From assembly GCA_002633005.1 (NCBI GenBank), contig NMRA01000173.1, forward strand, positions 619,338-683,337: DNA of 64,000 nucleotides, in the 5' to 3' direction. This DNA is from Phoronis australis (lineage: Eukaryota; Animalia; Phoronida). The notes beneath the pieces are model-generated. The model was not told the DNA's origin and did no database searches. It saw nothing but the letters and a program-made list of their open reading frames with translations. Made by a program: the position numbers and the translations under genes. Below, piece by piece: positions 63,579 to 64,000 of this stretch. How positions within the stretch are numbered: position 1 is the first letter of the stretch; each line of letters opens with the position of its first letter.

Positions 63579-64000
63579 TACGGTAAAGTCGCGTGATTTT
63601 CGGACACTGAAAATTAATTCCAACAGAAAAAATTCAATCTTGGACGAATCTCGCGAAATATCATTTTGTGGTGTCCGAATTTGGCGGACCTCCAAATTTG
63701 GGTTTCCGCTAGTGTCTGAATTTCGTGGGTGTACATTATTTCGATGAGCGGTCGTAGTATCAACAATGCTGGCTCGGTCATTTGATAGCAGTATAATTGC
63801 AGGTAAATGAGACTCAAATGGTCTGAGCGATTAATTTTTGAAAATCTCGCTTTCCCAATAAGAAATGTGCGTCGTCGACGCACAAAGACCGTTCCCAACA
63901 AGTGTTGGTTCTTCTTTTCAAAGATGTGCTTTCTCAATATGAAATATTCGGCTTGCATTGCCGATGCTCAAAAACCGTTCTCGGCAAGAGACGGAATCTT
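63579..64000. mobile_element. Left end of a TACGGTA-start TIR element
   Basis: tacggtaaagtcgcgtgattttcggacac followed by inverted gtgtccgaattt subrepeats. Confidence 0.5.

Overview
This is AT-rich eukaryotic (invertebrate animal) genomic DNA with GT-AG introns, not a prokaryotic locus. Four host genes can be built by hand. (1) The 3' eight coding exons of ADAT1 (tRNA A37 adenosine deaminase, +, 1432-6326). (2) A convergent gene with an intronless CDS encoding a 532-aa protein with one N-terminal SH3 domain (-, 6949-8547). (3) A five-exon speriolin/SPATC1L-like gene (-, 16969-26193, about 450 aa). (4) The 5' part of FA2H (cytochrome-b5-fused fatty acid 2-hydroxylase, +, 32241 to beyond 63549), with about 29.9 kb between its first two recognisable exons. 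The rest is transposon debris (tRNA-derived SINEs, many MITEs, Helentron/HINE-like elements, L1/Tx1-, HERO- and RNase-H-type LINE fragments, an Academ-like transposase remnant, a long-hairpin element) plus minisatellites and six small N gaps. There is no CRISPR array, rRNA or intact tRNA. I found no clear-cut new biological system. The best leads are co-oriented CTCF-like motifs at about 150-bp spacing carried by Helentron-like repeats, a 42-bp VNTR that keeps the FA2H frame open and offers in-phase splice donors, an uncharacterised SH3 protein with PPxY, degron-like and PDZ-binding motifs, a HIRAN-like ORF inside a TIR element, and a hairpin element that looks like a polymorphic insertion. 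All family calls come from motif recognition by eye, with no database search.
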